From NCBI GenBank assembly GCA_963846365.1, contig CAWJVN010000007.1, positions 400,025 to 464,024 on the forward strand: a stretch of 64,000 bases of DNA. The letters run 5' to 3'. Source of the DNA: an uncultured Chloroflexia bacterium. GTDB taxonomy: Bacteria > Chloroflexota > Dormibacteria > Aeolococcales > Aeolococcaceae. Made by a program: the position numbers and the translations under genes. The notes beneath the pieces were generated by a model. It saw only the letters and a list, made by a program, of their open reading frames with translations, made no database searches and had not been told where the DNA came from. This document shows positions 56,568-64,000 of the stretch, piece after piece (position 1 is the stretch's first letter; every line of letters starts with the position of its first letter).

Positions 56568-57308
56568 ATGAGCGCCAAACGCATCCTCGTCGTCGAGGAC
56601 GAGGAGAACATCCGGGACACGCTGCGCTACAACCTGGTCAAGGAGGGCTACCGGGTCGACGAGGCACGCACCGGGCCGGAGGCGCTCACCGAGGCGCGCC
56701 GGGTGCGCCCCGACCTCATCCTCCTCGACCTCATGCTCCCCGAGCTGAGCGGTCTCGAGGTCTGCCGGATCCTCCGCCAGGAGATGACCACCCCGATCCT
56801 GGTGCTCACCGCAAAGGGCGCGGAGGTCGACAAGGTGGTGGGTCTGAGCATCGGCGCCGACGACTACGTCACCAAGCCGTTCTCGCTCAGCGAGCTGATG
56901 GCGCGGATCACCGCCATCCTCCGCCGCGTCGAGCTCAGCCGGGGCAGCGCCGTCACCGCCGCCGAGGTCGAGGAGCTGGGCGGTTTCACCCTCGACCGGG
57001 GCGCGCGGATCGTGCGCATGAACGCCGAGGAGGTGCGGCTGGCGCCCAAGGAGTTCGACCTCCTCTCCTACCTCCTCGCCCATCCCGGCCGGGTGCAGTC
57101 GCGGGAGCGGCTCATCCAGGCGGTCTGGGGCAGCAACTTCTTCGGCGACCGGAAGACCGTCGACGTCCACGTGCGCTGGCTGCGCGAGAAGTTCGAGGGC
57201 TTCGCCGCCCTGCCCTTCCGCATCACCACCGTGTTCGGCGTCGGCTACCGGCTCGACCGGCTCGTGGACGCCGCCACCCCCGAGCCCGCGCCCGCGGCGA
57301 AGGGGTGA
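56568..57308 (+). CDS. OmpR/PhoB-family response regulator
   Basis: ILVVEDEENIRDTL...DLILLDLMLPELSG...ILVLTAKGAEVDKVVGLSIGADDYVTKPF. Confidence 0.9.
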   Translation: MSAKRILVVEDEENIRDTLRYNLVKEGYRVDEARTGPEALTEARRVRPDLILLDLMLPELSGLEVCRILRQEMTTPILVLTAKGAEVDKVVGLSIGADDYVTKPFSLSELMARITAILRRVELSRGSAVTAAEVEELGGFTLDRGARIVRMNAEEVRLAPKEFDLLSYLLAHPGRVQSRERLIQAVWGSNFFGDRKTVDVHVRWLREKFEGFAALPFRITTVFGVGYRLDRLVDAATPEPAPAAKG

Positions 57309-57748
57309 GCGAGGCCCCGCCCCAGGTCCGGGCCGCCGGGGCCGTGGTCTGGCGGGCCGGTCCCGGAGGCGAACGCCGCTGGGCGATCATCCACCGCCCT
57401 CGGTACGACGACTGGAGCCTCCCCAAGGGCAAGCTCGAGGAGGGGGAGAGCCTCGAGGAGGCGGCGGTGCGCGAGGTCCGCGAGGAGACCGGGCTGAGCG
57501 GTCGCCTCGGCCCCCACGTCGGCACCACCCGCTACCTCGACAATCGCGGCCGCACCAAGACCGCCGACTACTGGCTGATGGAGGCGCTCGACGGCACCGA
57601 CGGCTTCGAGCCCAACTCCGAGGTCGACGAGGTGCGCTGGCTCGACTCCGCCGAGGCGGCGGCGATGCTCAGCCACGACCACGACCGCGAGATCCTCGCC
57701 CGGGCTGCCGCCGGCCCGCCACCGCAAGAGTGCGTCGGGGGATCGTGA
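57305..57748 (+). CDS. NUDIX hydrolase
   Basis: Nudix box GKLEEGESLEEAAVREVREETGL; GTG overlaps the regulator stop. Confidence 0.85.
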   Translation: MSEAPPQVRAAGAVVWRAGPGGERRWAIIHRPRYDDWSLPKGKLEEGESLEEAAVREVREETGLSGRLGPHVGTTRYLDNRGRTKTADYWLMEALDGTDGFEPNSEVDEVRWLDSAEAAAMLSHDHDREILARAAAGPPPQECVGGS

Positions 57749-57852
57749 CCGGCGTGTCATCGGATGCGCGCCCGCCTGCTGCGACAGTTCGGCTGCGTCC
57801 CCGGTCCTCCGCCCGGCACGGACGGGACGCCGAGAGAGGAGGTGTCACCGTC

Positions 57853-57966
57853 ATGATCCGTCGCGCCGCGTCGTGGATGGGCGAGACCGCAGTGGCCATG
57901 CTCCTCGCCCTCACCGTGATCGCGGTGAGCATGCCCGTGACCACCGTCGAGGCCGCGCTGCGCTGA
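57853..57966 (+). CDS. Candidate small (37 aa) hydrophobic peptide with strong RBS
   Basis: GAGAGGAGGTGtcaccgtcATG; MIRRAASWMGETAVAMLLALTVIAVSMPVTTVEAALR. Confidence 0.3.
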   Translation: MIRRAASWMGETAVAMLLALTVIAVSMPVTTVEAALR

Positions 57967-57973
57967 GGGCGCT

Positions 57974-59140
57974 CTAGCCCCTGGCCCGCTCCAGCAGTCG
58001 CTTCGCGATGATGATCCGCTGGATCTCGTTGGTGCCCTCGCCGATGCAGAGCAGCGGCGCGTCGCGGTAGAGCTGCTCGATCTCGAACTCGCGGCTGAAG
58101 CCGTAGCCGCCGTGGATGCGCATCGCCTCGTTGACCGCCTCCATGCAGGTCTCGGTGGCGAAGAGCTTGGCCATCCCCAACTCGAGGTCGGTGCGCTCGC
58201 CGCGGTCCTTGGTGCGGGCGGCCTTCTGGGTGAGCAGCCGGGCGGCCTCGATTTTCGTCGCCATGTCGGCGAGCTTGAACTGGATCGCCTGGTGCTCGGC
58301 GATCGGCTTGCCGAAGGTCTGGCGCTCCTGGGCGTAGGCGAGGGCGAGCTCGAAGGCGCGCTGGGCGACTCCGACACCGCGGGCGGCGACATTGATGCGG
58401 CCGACCTCGATCGCGGCCATCATCTGCTGGAAGCCGCGTCCCTCGACGCCGCCGAGGAGGTTGGCCTCGGGCTGCCGGTTGGCCTCGAAGACCAGCTCGG
58501 TGGTCTCCACGCCCTTGTAGCCGAGCTTGTGGATGTGCTTGCTGGCGCTGAGCCCCGGGTACCTCTTCTCGGCGAGGATGCAGGCCATCCCCCGGTGCGC
58601 CGGCCTGGCGCTGGGATCGGTCTTCACCAGGGTGGCGACGACGGTGGAGCGCTCGCCGTTGGTGACCCACATCTTGGTGCCGTCGATCACGTACTCGCCG
58701 TTGTCGCGCACCGCCCTGGTGCGGATCGCCTGCACGTCCGAGCCGCAGTTGGGCTCGCTCATCGAGAAGGCGGCGTGGTACTCGCCGGTGGCCATCTTCG
58801 GGAGAAAGCGCTGCTTCTGCTCGTCGGTGCCGAACTGCTGGAGCAGGAAGGCGACGATGAAATGGGTGTTGATCACCCCGGTGATCGACATCCAGCCGCG
58901 CGCGATCTCCTCGCAGACCCGTGCGTAGGTCTCCATGTTCAGCCCGGCGCCGCCCCACAACTCGTCGATCGCGAAGCCGAAGAAGCCGAGCTCCTTCATC
59001 TTGGCGACGATCGCCTCGGGATAGGTGTCGTCGTACTCGAGGTGGTGGGCGACGGGGATGATCTCGCGCTCGACGAAGTCGCGGACCAGGGCGATGACGT
59101 CGCGCTGCTCGGTGGTGAGTCCGTCCAGGGTGGTCGCCAT
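57974..59140 (-). CDS. Acyl-CoA dehydrogenase
   Basis: ...AAFSMSEPNCGSDV...WVTNG...; C-terminal ...HGGYGFSREFEIEQLYRDA... Confidence 0.9.
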   Translation of the reverse strand: MATTLDGLTTEQRDVIALVRDFVEREIIPVAHHLEYDDTYPEAIVAKMKELGFFGFAIDELWGGAGLNMETYARVCEEIARGWMSITGVINTHFIVAFLLQQFGTDEQKQRFLPKMATGEYHAAFSMSEPNCGSDVQAIRTRAVRDNGEYVIDGTKMWVTNGERSTVVATLVKTDPSARPAHRGMACILAEKRYPGLSASKHIHKLGYKGVETTELVFEANRQPEANLLGGVEGRGFQQMMAAIEVGRINVAARGVGVAQRAFELALAYAQERQTFGKPIAEHQAIQFKLADMATKIEAARLLTQKAARTKDRGERTDLELGMAKLFATETCMEAVNEAMRIHGGYGFSREFEIEQLYRDAPLLCIGEGTNEIQRIIIAKRLLERARG

Positions 59141-59162
59141 GTGGCTCTCCAACTGCCCCTGC

Positions 59163-60101
59163 TCAGGAGGCCGCGGCGGTCTGCCGGGGCTCGAGGCCGG
59201 CCGCGCGTCCACGCAGGTGGAACTGCGTCGCCATCTTGCGCGACGCCTCGTCGATCATCTCGTCGCCGAGCATCACCGCCCCCTTGCGCTCGACCTCGGT
59301 GGCGTGCCGGTAGGCCTCGAGGATGGCGGCGGCGCGCTCGAATTGCTCCTGGCTCGGGGTGAAGGCGGCGTTGCAGGCGTCGATCTGGCCGGGATGGAGC
59401 ACCCACTTGCCGTCGTAGCCGAGGGTCGCCGCCCGGCGGGCCGCCCGGGTGTAGCCCTCGACGTCGCGGATCGCCAGGTAGGGGCCGTCGATCACCTGGA
59501 TGCCGGCGGCCCGGGCCGAGACGGCGAGCTTGAAGAGCACGTAGTGGAAGGCGTCGCCGGGGTAGTCGGGCGAGCCGTTGGCCACCGTCAGCGAGGGCAG
59601 CTGCATCGCCGCCGAGAAGTCGGCGGGACCGTAGGTGAGGGTCTCCAGCCGCGGGCTCGAGAAGGCGATCGCATCCGAGTTCATCAGGCCCTGGGCGTCC
59701 TCGATCTGCGCCTCGATGCCGATCCTCCCCGGCTCCAGCTCGAACTCCTGCTCGAGCTGGGTGAGGGCGCGGTCGACGAAGGCGATGTCACCGGCGTTCT
59801 GCACCTTGGGGACCATGATGCAGTCGAGCACCGAGCCCGCCCCGCGGATCACCTCGAGCAGGTCGAGGAAGGCGTATCGGCTGCCCACCTGATTGATCCG
59901 CACCACCCGCGTCCGGGTGCCCCAGTCGTGGGTGGTGAGCGCCTCGACGATCTTCGCCCGGGCCCCCGGCTTCTCCAGCGGGGCGCAGGCGTCCTCGAGG
60001 TCGAGGAACACCTCGTCGGCGGCGCTGGCCGCGGCCTTCTCCATCATCCTCGGGTTGCTGCCGGGACAGGCCAGAACCGACCGGCGAAGGCGCTGGGGCA
60101 T
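59163..60101 (-). CDS. HpcH/HpaI-CitE family lyase (citrate lyase beta / malyl-CoA lyase-like)
   Basis: RRSVLACPGSNPRMMEKAAASAADEVFLDLEDA... matches the CitE N-terminal pattern. Confidence 0.8.
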   Translation of the reverse strand: MPQRLRRSVLACPGSNPRMMEKAAASAADEVFLDLEDACAPLEKPGARAKIVEALTTHDWGTRTRVVRINQVGSRYAFLDLLEVIRGAGSVLDCIMVPKVQNAGDIAFVDRALTQLEQEFELEPGRIGIEAQIEDAQGLMNSDAIAFSSPRLETLTYGPADFSAAMQLPSLTVANGSPDYPGDAFHYVLFKLAVSARAAGIQVIDGPYLAIRDVEGYTRAARRAATLGYDGKWVLHPGQIDACNAAFTPSQEQFERAAAILEAYRHATEVERKGAVMLGDEMIDEASRKMATQFHLRGRAAGLEPRQTAAAS

Positions 60102-60236
60102 GGACGGGGACCTCCTCGCCCCCGGGGCCAGACGGCGGGGGCGCGCTGGACGGCTCCGTACGGCCGTCCCGGACATTCTAACGAGGCACCGTCAAATGAC
60201 GCGTTGCGTCAGACAAGCGTCGCCGGCGGCGGCCGG

Positions 60237-60701
60237 TCAGTCCTCGCTCCGCGGGCGCGGCGGTGAGGGCGGCCGGTCGTCGGGCGGTGTGCCGGTGTCG
60301 TCCGGGGGCGTCTGACCGCCGAACCCGGGGAAGCCCGGGAAACCGGGGAAACCGCCCATGCTCCCGAAGAGCCGCTGCAGGTGCTCGGGACCGCCGAGGT
60401 CCTCCTGCACCCGCTCGACCAGCTGTCCGAGCAGCTCGTGGAGCCGGGGGTCGTCGACCAGCTTCTCCTGGATGCCTCCGAGCTGGGTCATCAGGTCCTT
60501 GACCGCCGCCTCCTGGGCCACCTGCATCAGCACCGGCTGCGAGGCCGCGGCGGCGACCATCTGGGACTGCTCGCGGAGCACCTCGAAGCCGCGGCAGGCG
60601 AGGCACTCACCGCTGTGGTTGCAACGGCACAGCGAGGTCTTGAGCCGGTCGAGCTCGCGATGGAGGCCGCTGAGGTCGAGCGACGGCGGCTGCGCGTCCA
60701 C
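60237..60701 (-). CDS. Hypothetical protein with Cys cluster and C-terminal GFPGFPGFPGF repeat
   Basis: CRCNHSGECLACRG; ...GSMGGFPGFPGFPGFGGQTPPDD... Confidence 0.4.
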   Translation of the reverse strand: MDAQPPSLDLSGLHRELDRLKTSLCRCNHSGECLACRGFEVLREQSQMVAAAASQPVLMQVAQEAAVKDLMTQLGGIQEKLVDDPRLHELLGQLVERVQEDLGGPEHLQRLFGSMGGFPGFPGFPGFGGQTPPDDTGTPPDDRPPSPPRPRSED

Positions 60702-60749
60702 ACCGCCAGTATGGCACCGTCTCGCCGCCCCGGCCGGAGGAGGGCCGGC

Positions 60750-61928
60750 TCAGCCCAGGAAGGAGAAGTGGGTGAACCGGGCGATCAGGGCGCCGAGCAG
60801 GACCGGGAAGGTGACCAGGACCAGCCGGTCGACCCAGGGCCGGCGGCCGGCGCGGGCGAGGAGCACGAACACCGGGAAGACGGTGAGCAGGTAGCGGGCG
60901 CTGCTCTCCTGCGGGGTGACCAGCGACTCGCGGCAGACGATGGGGATCGCGCTCACCGCCGCGAGGGCGAGGTAGGAGGCGGGCACCCGGCCCCACATCA
61001 GCGGGATCGAGATCAGCAGCGCCAGCGAGGCCGCCAGGTTGACCACCTCCTCGGGGTGGCCGCCGTCGAGGACGGTGCGCAGGCTGTCGTGGAGCGCGGT
61101 CCAGGGCGCCACCGAGTGGTTCCCCCAGACCTCGCGCTGGAGGCTGAGCACACCGCCGTCGACGCCGAGGCGCAGCCGGATGTAGAGGTCCCAGCCGGCG
61201 ATGGCGATCAGCGGCAGGAGCACGGCGAGGTGCGCGACCCGGAGCGGCGAGCGGCCGTCCGCCCGGCGCCGGCGGGCGTCGGCGACGACCTCGACCAGCA
61301 GGGCGGCGACCAGCAGTGCCCCGGTCGGGCGGCAGAGGGCGGCGAGCGCCGCCAGCCCCCCCGCACCCGCGATCCTGCCGCGCCGGGCGGCGAGGACCGA
61401 GGTGGTGGCGAGCAGGAGGAAGAGCGACTCGGTGAAGGCGGCGAGCAGGAAGAACGCCACCGGGGCGATCGCGAGATAGAGGATGGTGCGGTCGGCGGTG
61501 CCCCGGTCGAGGTCGCCGGCGACGAGCCGGTGGAGCACCACCAGGGCGGCGACGAGGGCGGCGGTGCTGAGCAGCAGCCCGGCGAGCGCGGGGTTGCCCC
61601 CGACCAGGGGGGAGAGCACGTGGACGGCGCCGGGGAAGAGGGGGAAGAAGGCGGCGTCGGGGTCGCCGCGGCCGTAGCCGCTGCGGGCGATGTGCTCGTA
61701 CCAGAGCGCGTCCCAGCGCTGCCAGGGTCCCACCCACGGCCAGAGCCGCGAGCCCTGGGGGGTGAGCAGCTCGAGGTGGTCGCCCCCCACGCCGGTGATC
61801 GGGTCGACGATCACCGAGCCCCAGGCGACCAGCCCCAGGGCGACGCGCAGGCCGAGGACGATGGCCAGGACCTGGCGCAGCGCCGGGTCGGCCAGCGCAG
61901 CCCGGACCCGGGTCAGCCCCCGGACCAC
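60750..61928 (-). CDS. PIG-V-like polytopic membrane mannosyltransferase-family protein
   Basis: ...WQRWDALWYEHIARSGY... (PIG-V family hallmark); many TM helices; GTG start approximate. Confidence 0.55.
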   Translation of the reverse strand: MVRGLTRVRAALADPALRQVLAIVLGLRVALGLVAWGSVIVDPITGVGGDHLELLTPQGSRLWPWVGPWQRWDALWYEHIARSGYGRGDPDAAFFPLFPGAVHVLSPLVGGNPALAGLLLSTAALVAALVVLHRLVAGDLDRGTADRTILYLAIAPVAFFLLAAFTESLFLLLATTSVLAARRGRIAGAGGLAALAALCRPTGALLVAALLVEVVADARRRRADGRSPLRVAHLAVLLPLIAIAGWDLYIRLRLGVDGGVLSLQREVWGNHSVAPWTALHDSLRTVLDGGHPEEVVNLAASLALLISIPLMWGRVPASYLALAAVSAIPIVCRESLVTPQESSARYLLTVFPVFVLLARAGRRPWVDRLVLVTFPVLLGALIARFTHFSFLG

Positions 61929-63229
61929 GTTCGGAAGGGATAGAGCGCCTCGAACCAGTAGCCGAGGATGCAGGCGTGGCCGGCCAGCACCGCCCGGGGC
62001 AGGCTCGGGTGGGAGAGCAGGCGTGCCACCGCCAGGTAGACGGCGGGGAGCACGATCACCATGTAGTAGAGGTAGCTGATCCGGTTGCCGAAGGAGCCGA
62101 GCGGCGCCGCCGCGACCACGAAGGGGACGAAGGTCCCCAGGAACCAGGCGACGGTGAGCAGCGAGAGGTCGTCGCGGTCGCGACGCGCGGTGTGGACCGC
62201 GAGGAAGAGGGCGGGCAGGGCGAGCAGGACGATCGCCGGGTTCATCAGCCCCTGGAAGGCCACCACCGGGTGGGTGGCGGTCACCTTGCCGTCGCTGAGG
62301 ACGTTGGTGTTCACCGTGTAGTAGTTGATCGGCTCCTGGTTGAGCAGCCACTGCCAGGGGTAGGAGGCGATGCCCTCGGGGCCGTGGGGGCTGGTGAGCT
62401 TGGCGGCGTAGTCGAACATCGCCCGGGTGTGCACCAGGGGGTTGTGGTACGCCGACCAGAAGTGGTCGAGGCCGTAGAGCACGCCGAGGTAGACGAGCAT
62501 CGCCACCGCCGCGCAGGTGGCCAGCGGGGCCAGCCGCTCGACCGTCCGGCGGCGCGGCGAGAGATCCGTCCCCCGGGTGCGCAGCAGCACCCGGCCGGCC
62601 TCGAGCAGGGCGAGGGCGATCAGCGCGTAGGGGGCGACCAGCTTCACGCAGCCGCCGAGCCCGAGCAGGGCTCCGGCGAGAACCGGGCGGTCGCGGAGGT
62701 AGAGGGCGGCGCCGGCGAGCATGAAGACGACCACGAACACGTCGAGGGTCGCGATCCGCCCGTGCACCAGCGAGAGGTTGTCGGCGGCCATCAGCCCGGC
62801 CGCGCCCAGCGCCAGCCAGGCGCCGCCGCCGGCGGCGCGCACCACCCAGAACATGGCGAGGACGGCCAGGCTGCCGAAGATCAGCGGGAGGACGCGCCAG
62901 CCCAGCGCGCCGTCGCCGAAGACGCGCATCCCCAGGGCGATGAGCAGCTTGCCCAGCGGCGGATGCTCCTGGTTGGGGTCGAGCCCGGCTGGCGAGCCCG
63001 CGTAGTGGTCACCGCCGGGGACGTGGAACCCGAGGATCACCCGGGCGGCGTTGACGTAGTAGGCCTCGTCGAAGATCAGCGCCCTGGAGGGGTGGTCGAG
63101 CCACCAGGCCCGGGCCCCGAGCGACAGCGTCGAGACCAGGGCCAGCAGCGCGAACGGCGCGCGGGGGCTGGCGAGCAGGGCCGCGCCTCGAGCCCACGAG
63201 CGCCGGGCGAGGGAGGCGGGGGCGGGCAC
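61913..63229 (-). CDS. GT39/PMT_2-like (ArnT/dolichyl-phosphate-mannose protein mannosyltransferase-like) membrane glycosyltransferase
   Basis: ...IFDEAYYVNAARVILG...DPNQEHPPLGKLLIALGMRVFG...; the N-terminal Arg-rich 110 aa of the track ORF is rejected. Confidence 0.6.
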   Translation of the reverse strand: MPAPASLARRSWARGAALLASPRAPFALLALVSTLSLGARAWWLDHPSRALIFDEAYYVNAARVILGFHVPGGDHYAGSPAGLDPNQEHPPLGKLLIALGMRVFGDGALGWRVLPLIFGSLAVLAMFWVVRAAGGGAWLALGAAGLMAADNLSLVHGRIATLDVFVVVFMLAGAALYLRDRPVLAGALLGLGGCVKLVAPYALIALALLEAGRVLLRTRGTDLSPRRRTVERLAPLATCAAVAMLVYLGVLYGLDHFWSAYHNPLVHTRAMFDYAAKLTSPHGPEGIASYPWQWLLNQEPINYYTVNTNVLSDGKVTATHPVVAFQGLMNPAIVLLALPALFLAVHTARRDRDDLSLLTVAWFLGTFVPFVVAAAPLGSFGNRISYLYYMVIVLPAVYLAVARLLSHPSLPRAVLAGHACILGYWFEALYPFRTWSGG

Positions 63230-63522
63230 GGTCGCGGTCTCCGGCGTGGCGCGGCTCCTTCTGGGATCGGGCGACCGGGGATGGTAGCGAGGCCGCCGCT
63301 GGTGAGTTCGTTGCGAGTGAAAGATTGGTGGGGACTCCGCGTTACATGAGCGCCGGGTCCGCGAAGCCCTCGTCCCGTTGGTAGCACGGGGGGCCTCGCG
63401 GCATCGGTGGAAGGGTGCAGGCCGGCGGGACTGCCATAGCAACCGTTGCGTGCTCGAGAGAGGCCGCACAGCGAGGTGACGTCCCAGTGGTCCGACCGAC
63501 TGTTTCTCCCATCCAGGCGCGC

Positions 63523-64000
63523 GTGCTCGGCGTCGTTCTCGGCGTGTCCGGGTTCGCGTTCGCATCCGTCTCAGGGTTCGCCGCCAGCCACGTCTCGGCG
63601 GACACCAAGATCGCTGACAACAAGGTGTGGGTGACCGCCGAGGGGTCCGACAAGGGTCCCGCCGCCGGTGACTTCGTCCGGGTGATCAGCGACTGCAAGG
63701 ACGTCCTCGTGTGGGGGAACGACCTCCACAACAAGAGTGGCGACTTCACCGTCTACTTCGACGATCACAACGGCAAGGACAAGCAGGTCGAGGAGATGTC
63801 CTGGAAGTACGACAAGGGCGGCAAGGACCAGCAGGTCATCGCCACCATTGACGCCAAGGAGCTGATCAGCGACCTCAAGGACAAGGGCTTCCACGCCCAG
63901 GACAACGGCTGGCACATGGACCTGAAGTTCTCCGACCCCGACCGCCAGGTCGAGTTCATCCTCGACGAACTCGTGCAAGTCCGACCACGGCGGCGGCGGC
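63523..64000 (+). CDS. Secreted hypothetical protein (signal peptide), partial at window end
   Basis: GTG start; VLGVVLGVSGFAFASVSGFAASHVSADTKIADNKVWVTAEGSDKGP... with strong third-position GC bias; open to the window end. Confidence 0.45.
   Translation, partial: MLGVVLGVSGFAFASVSGFAASHVSADTKIADNKVWVTAEGSDKGPAAGDFVRVISDCKDVLVWGNDLHNKSGDFTVYFDDHNGKDKQVEEMSWKYDKGGKDQQVIATIDAKELISDLKDKGFHAQDNGWHMDLKFSDPDRQVEFILDELVQVRPRRRR

Noticed and set aside
1-64000. tRNA, rRNA, other ncRNA, or prophage/defence islands
   Set aside because: No cloverleaf-like or rRNA-like segments noticed, and no recognisable restriction-modification, toxin-antitoxin, Cas or phage structural genes; the window is core chromosome apart from the single IS.

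Overview
High-GC (by eye >70%) chromosomal window that spans the replication origin region of a Gram-positive/actinobacterial-type genome.

What the window contains:
- Origin core: rpmH, rnpA, yidD, yidC, jag (minus strand) diverge from dnaA-dnaN (plus strand). DnaA-box clusters sit upstream of dnaA and in the dnaA-dnaN spacer, which is the likely oriC. dciA and recF follow on the minus strand, and parA-parB lie upstream.
- Fe-S assembly: an iscS gene, then an operon of an Rrf2-family regulator, sufC, sufB, sufD, a Rieske ferredoxin, sufS, sufU and sufT.
- Mobile DNA: an IS4-family insertion sequence with 17-bp terminal inverted repeats and a 13-bp target duplication, immediately downstream of the suf operon.
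- Other operons: anaerobic glycerol-3-phosphate dehydrogenase glpA, small Fe-S protein, ParA-like ATPase, small protein. A soluble PRC-barrel/MgtE_N/CBS protein next to an NRAMP transporter. An ECF sigma/anti-sigma pair divergent from two tandem TAT-signal ferritin-like proteins. A frameshifted lysA. Two FemAB-family proteins and a CPBP protease. Two OmpR-type regulators and a PAS histidine kinase. folP-folK. Acyl-CoA dehydrogenase with a CitE-like lyase. A cluster of glycosyltransferases (GT28-like, GT4 MshA-like plus HAD phosphatase, GT39 plus PIG-V).

Most unusual observations:
1. Three composite parS-like direct repeats, each a parS half-site plus a near-consensus parS with a consistent A-to-C change, at about 50-bp spacing in the parA promoter. 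A small LAGLIDADG-like protein gene is transcribed divergently from the same region.
2. Multi-copy DUF4388 proteins, including a 987-aa protein with three DUF4388 modules, a transmembrane segment, Ig-like domains and a TolB-like beta-propeller.
3. glpA, a small Fe-S protein, a ParA-like ATPase and a 105-aa protein arranged as a tightly overlapped operon.

Many long antisense shadow ORFs in the six-frame track are artefacts of the GC content and were rejected.
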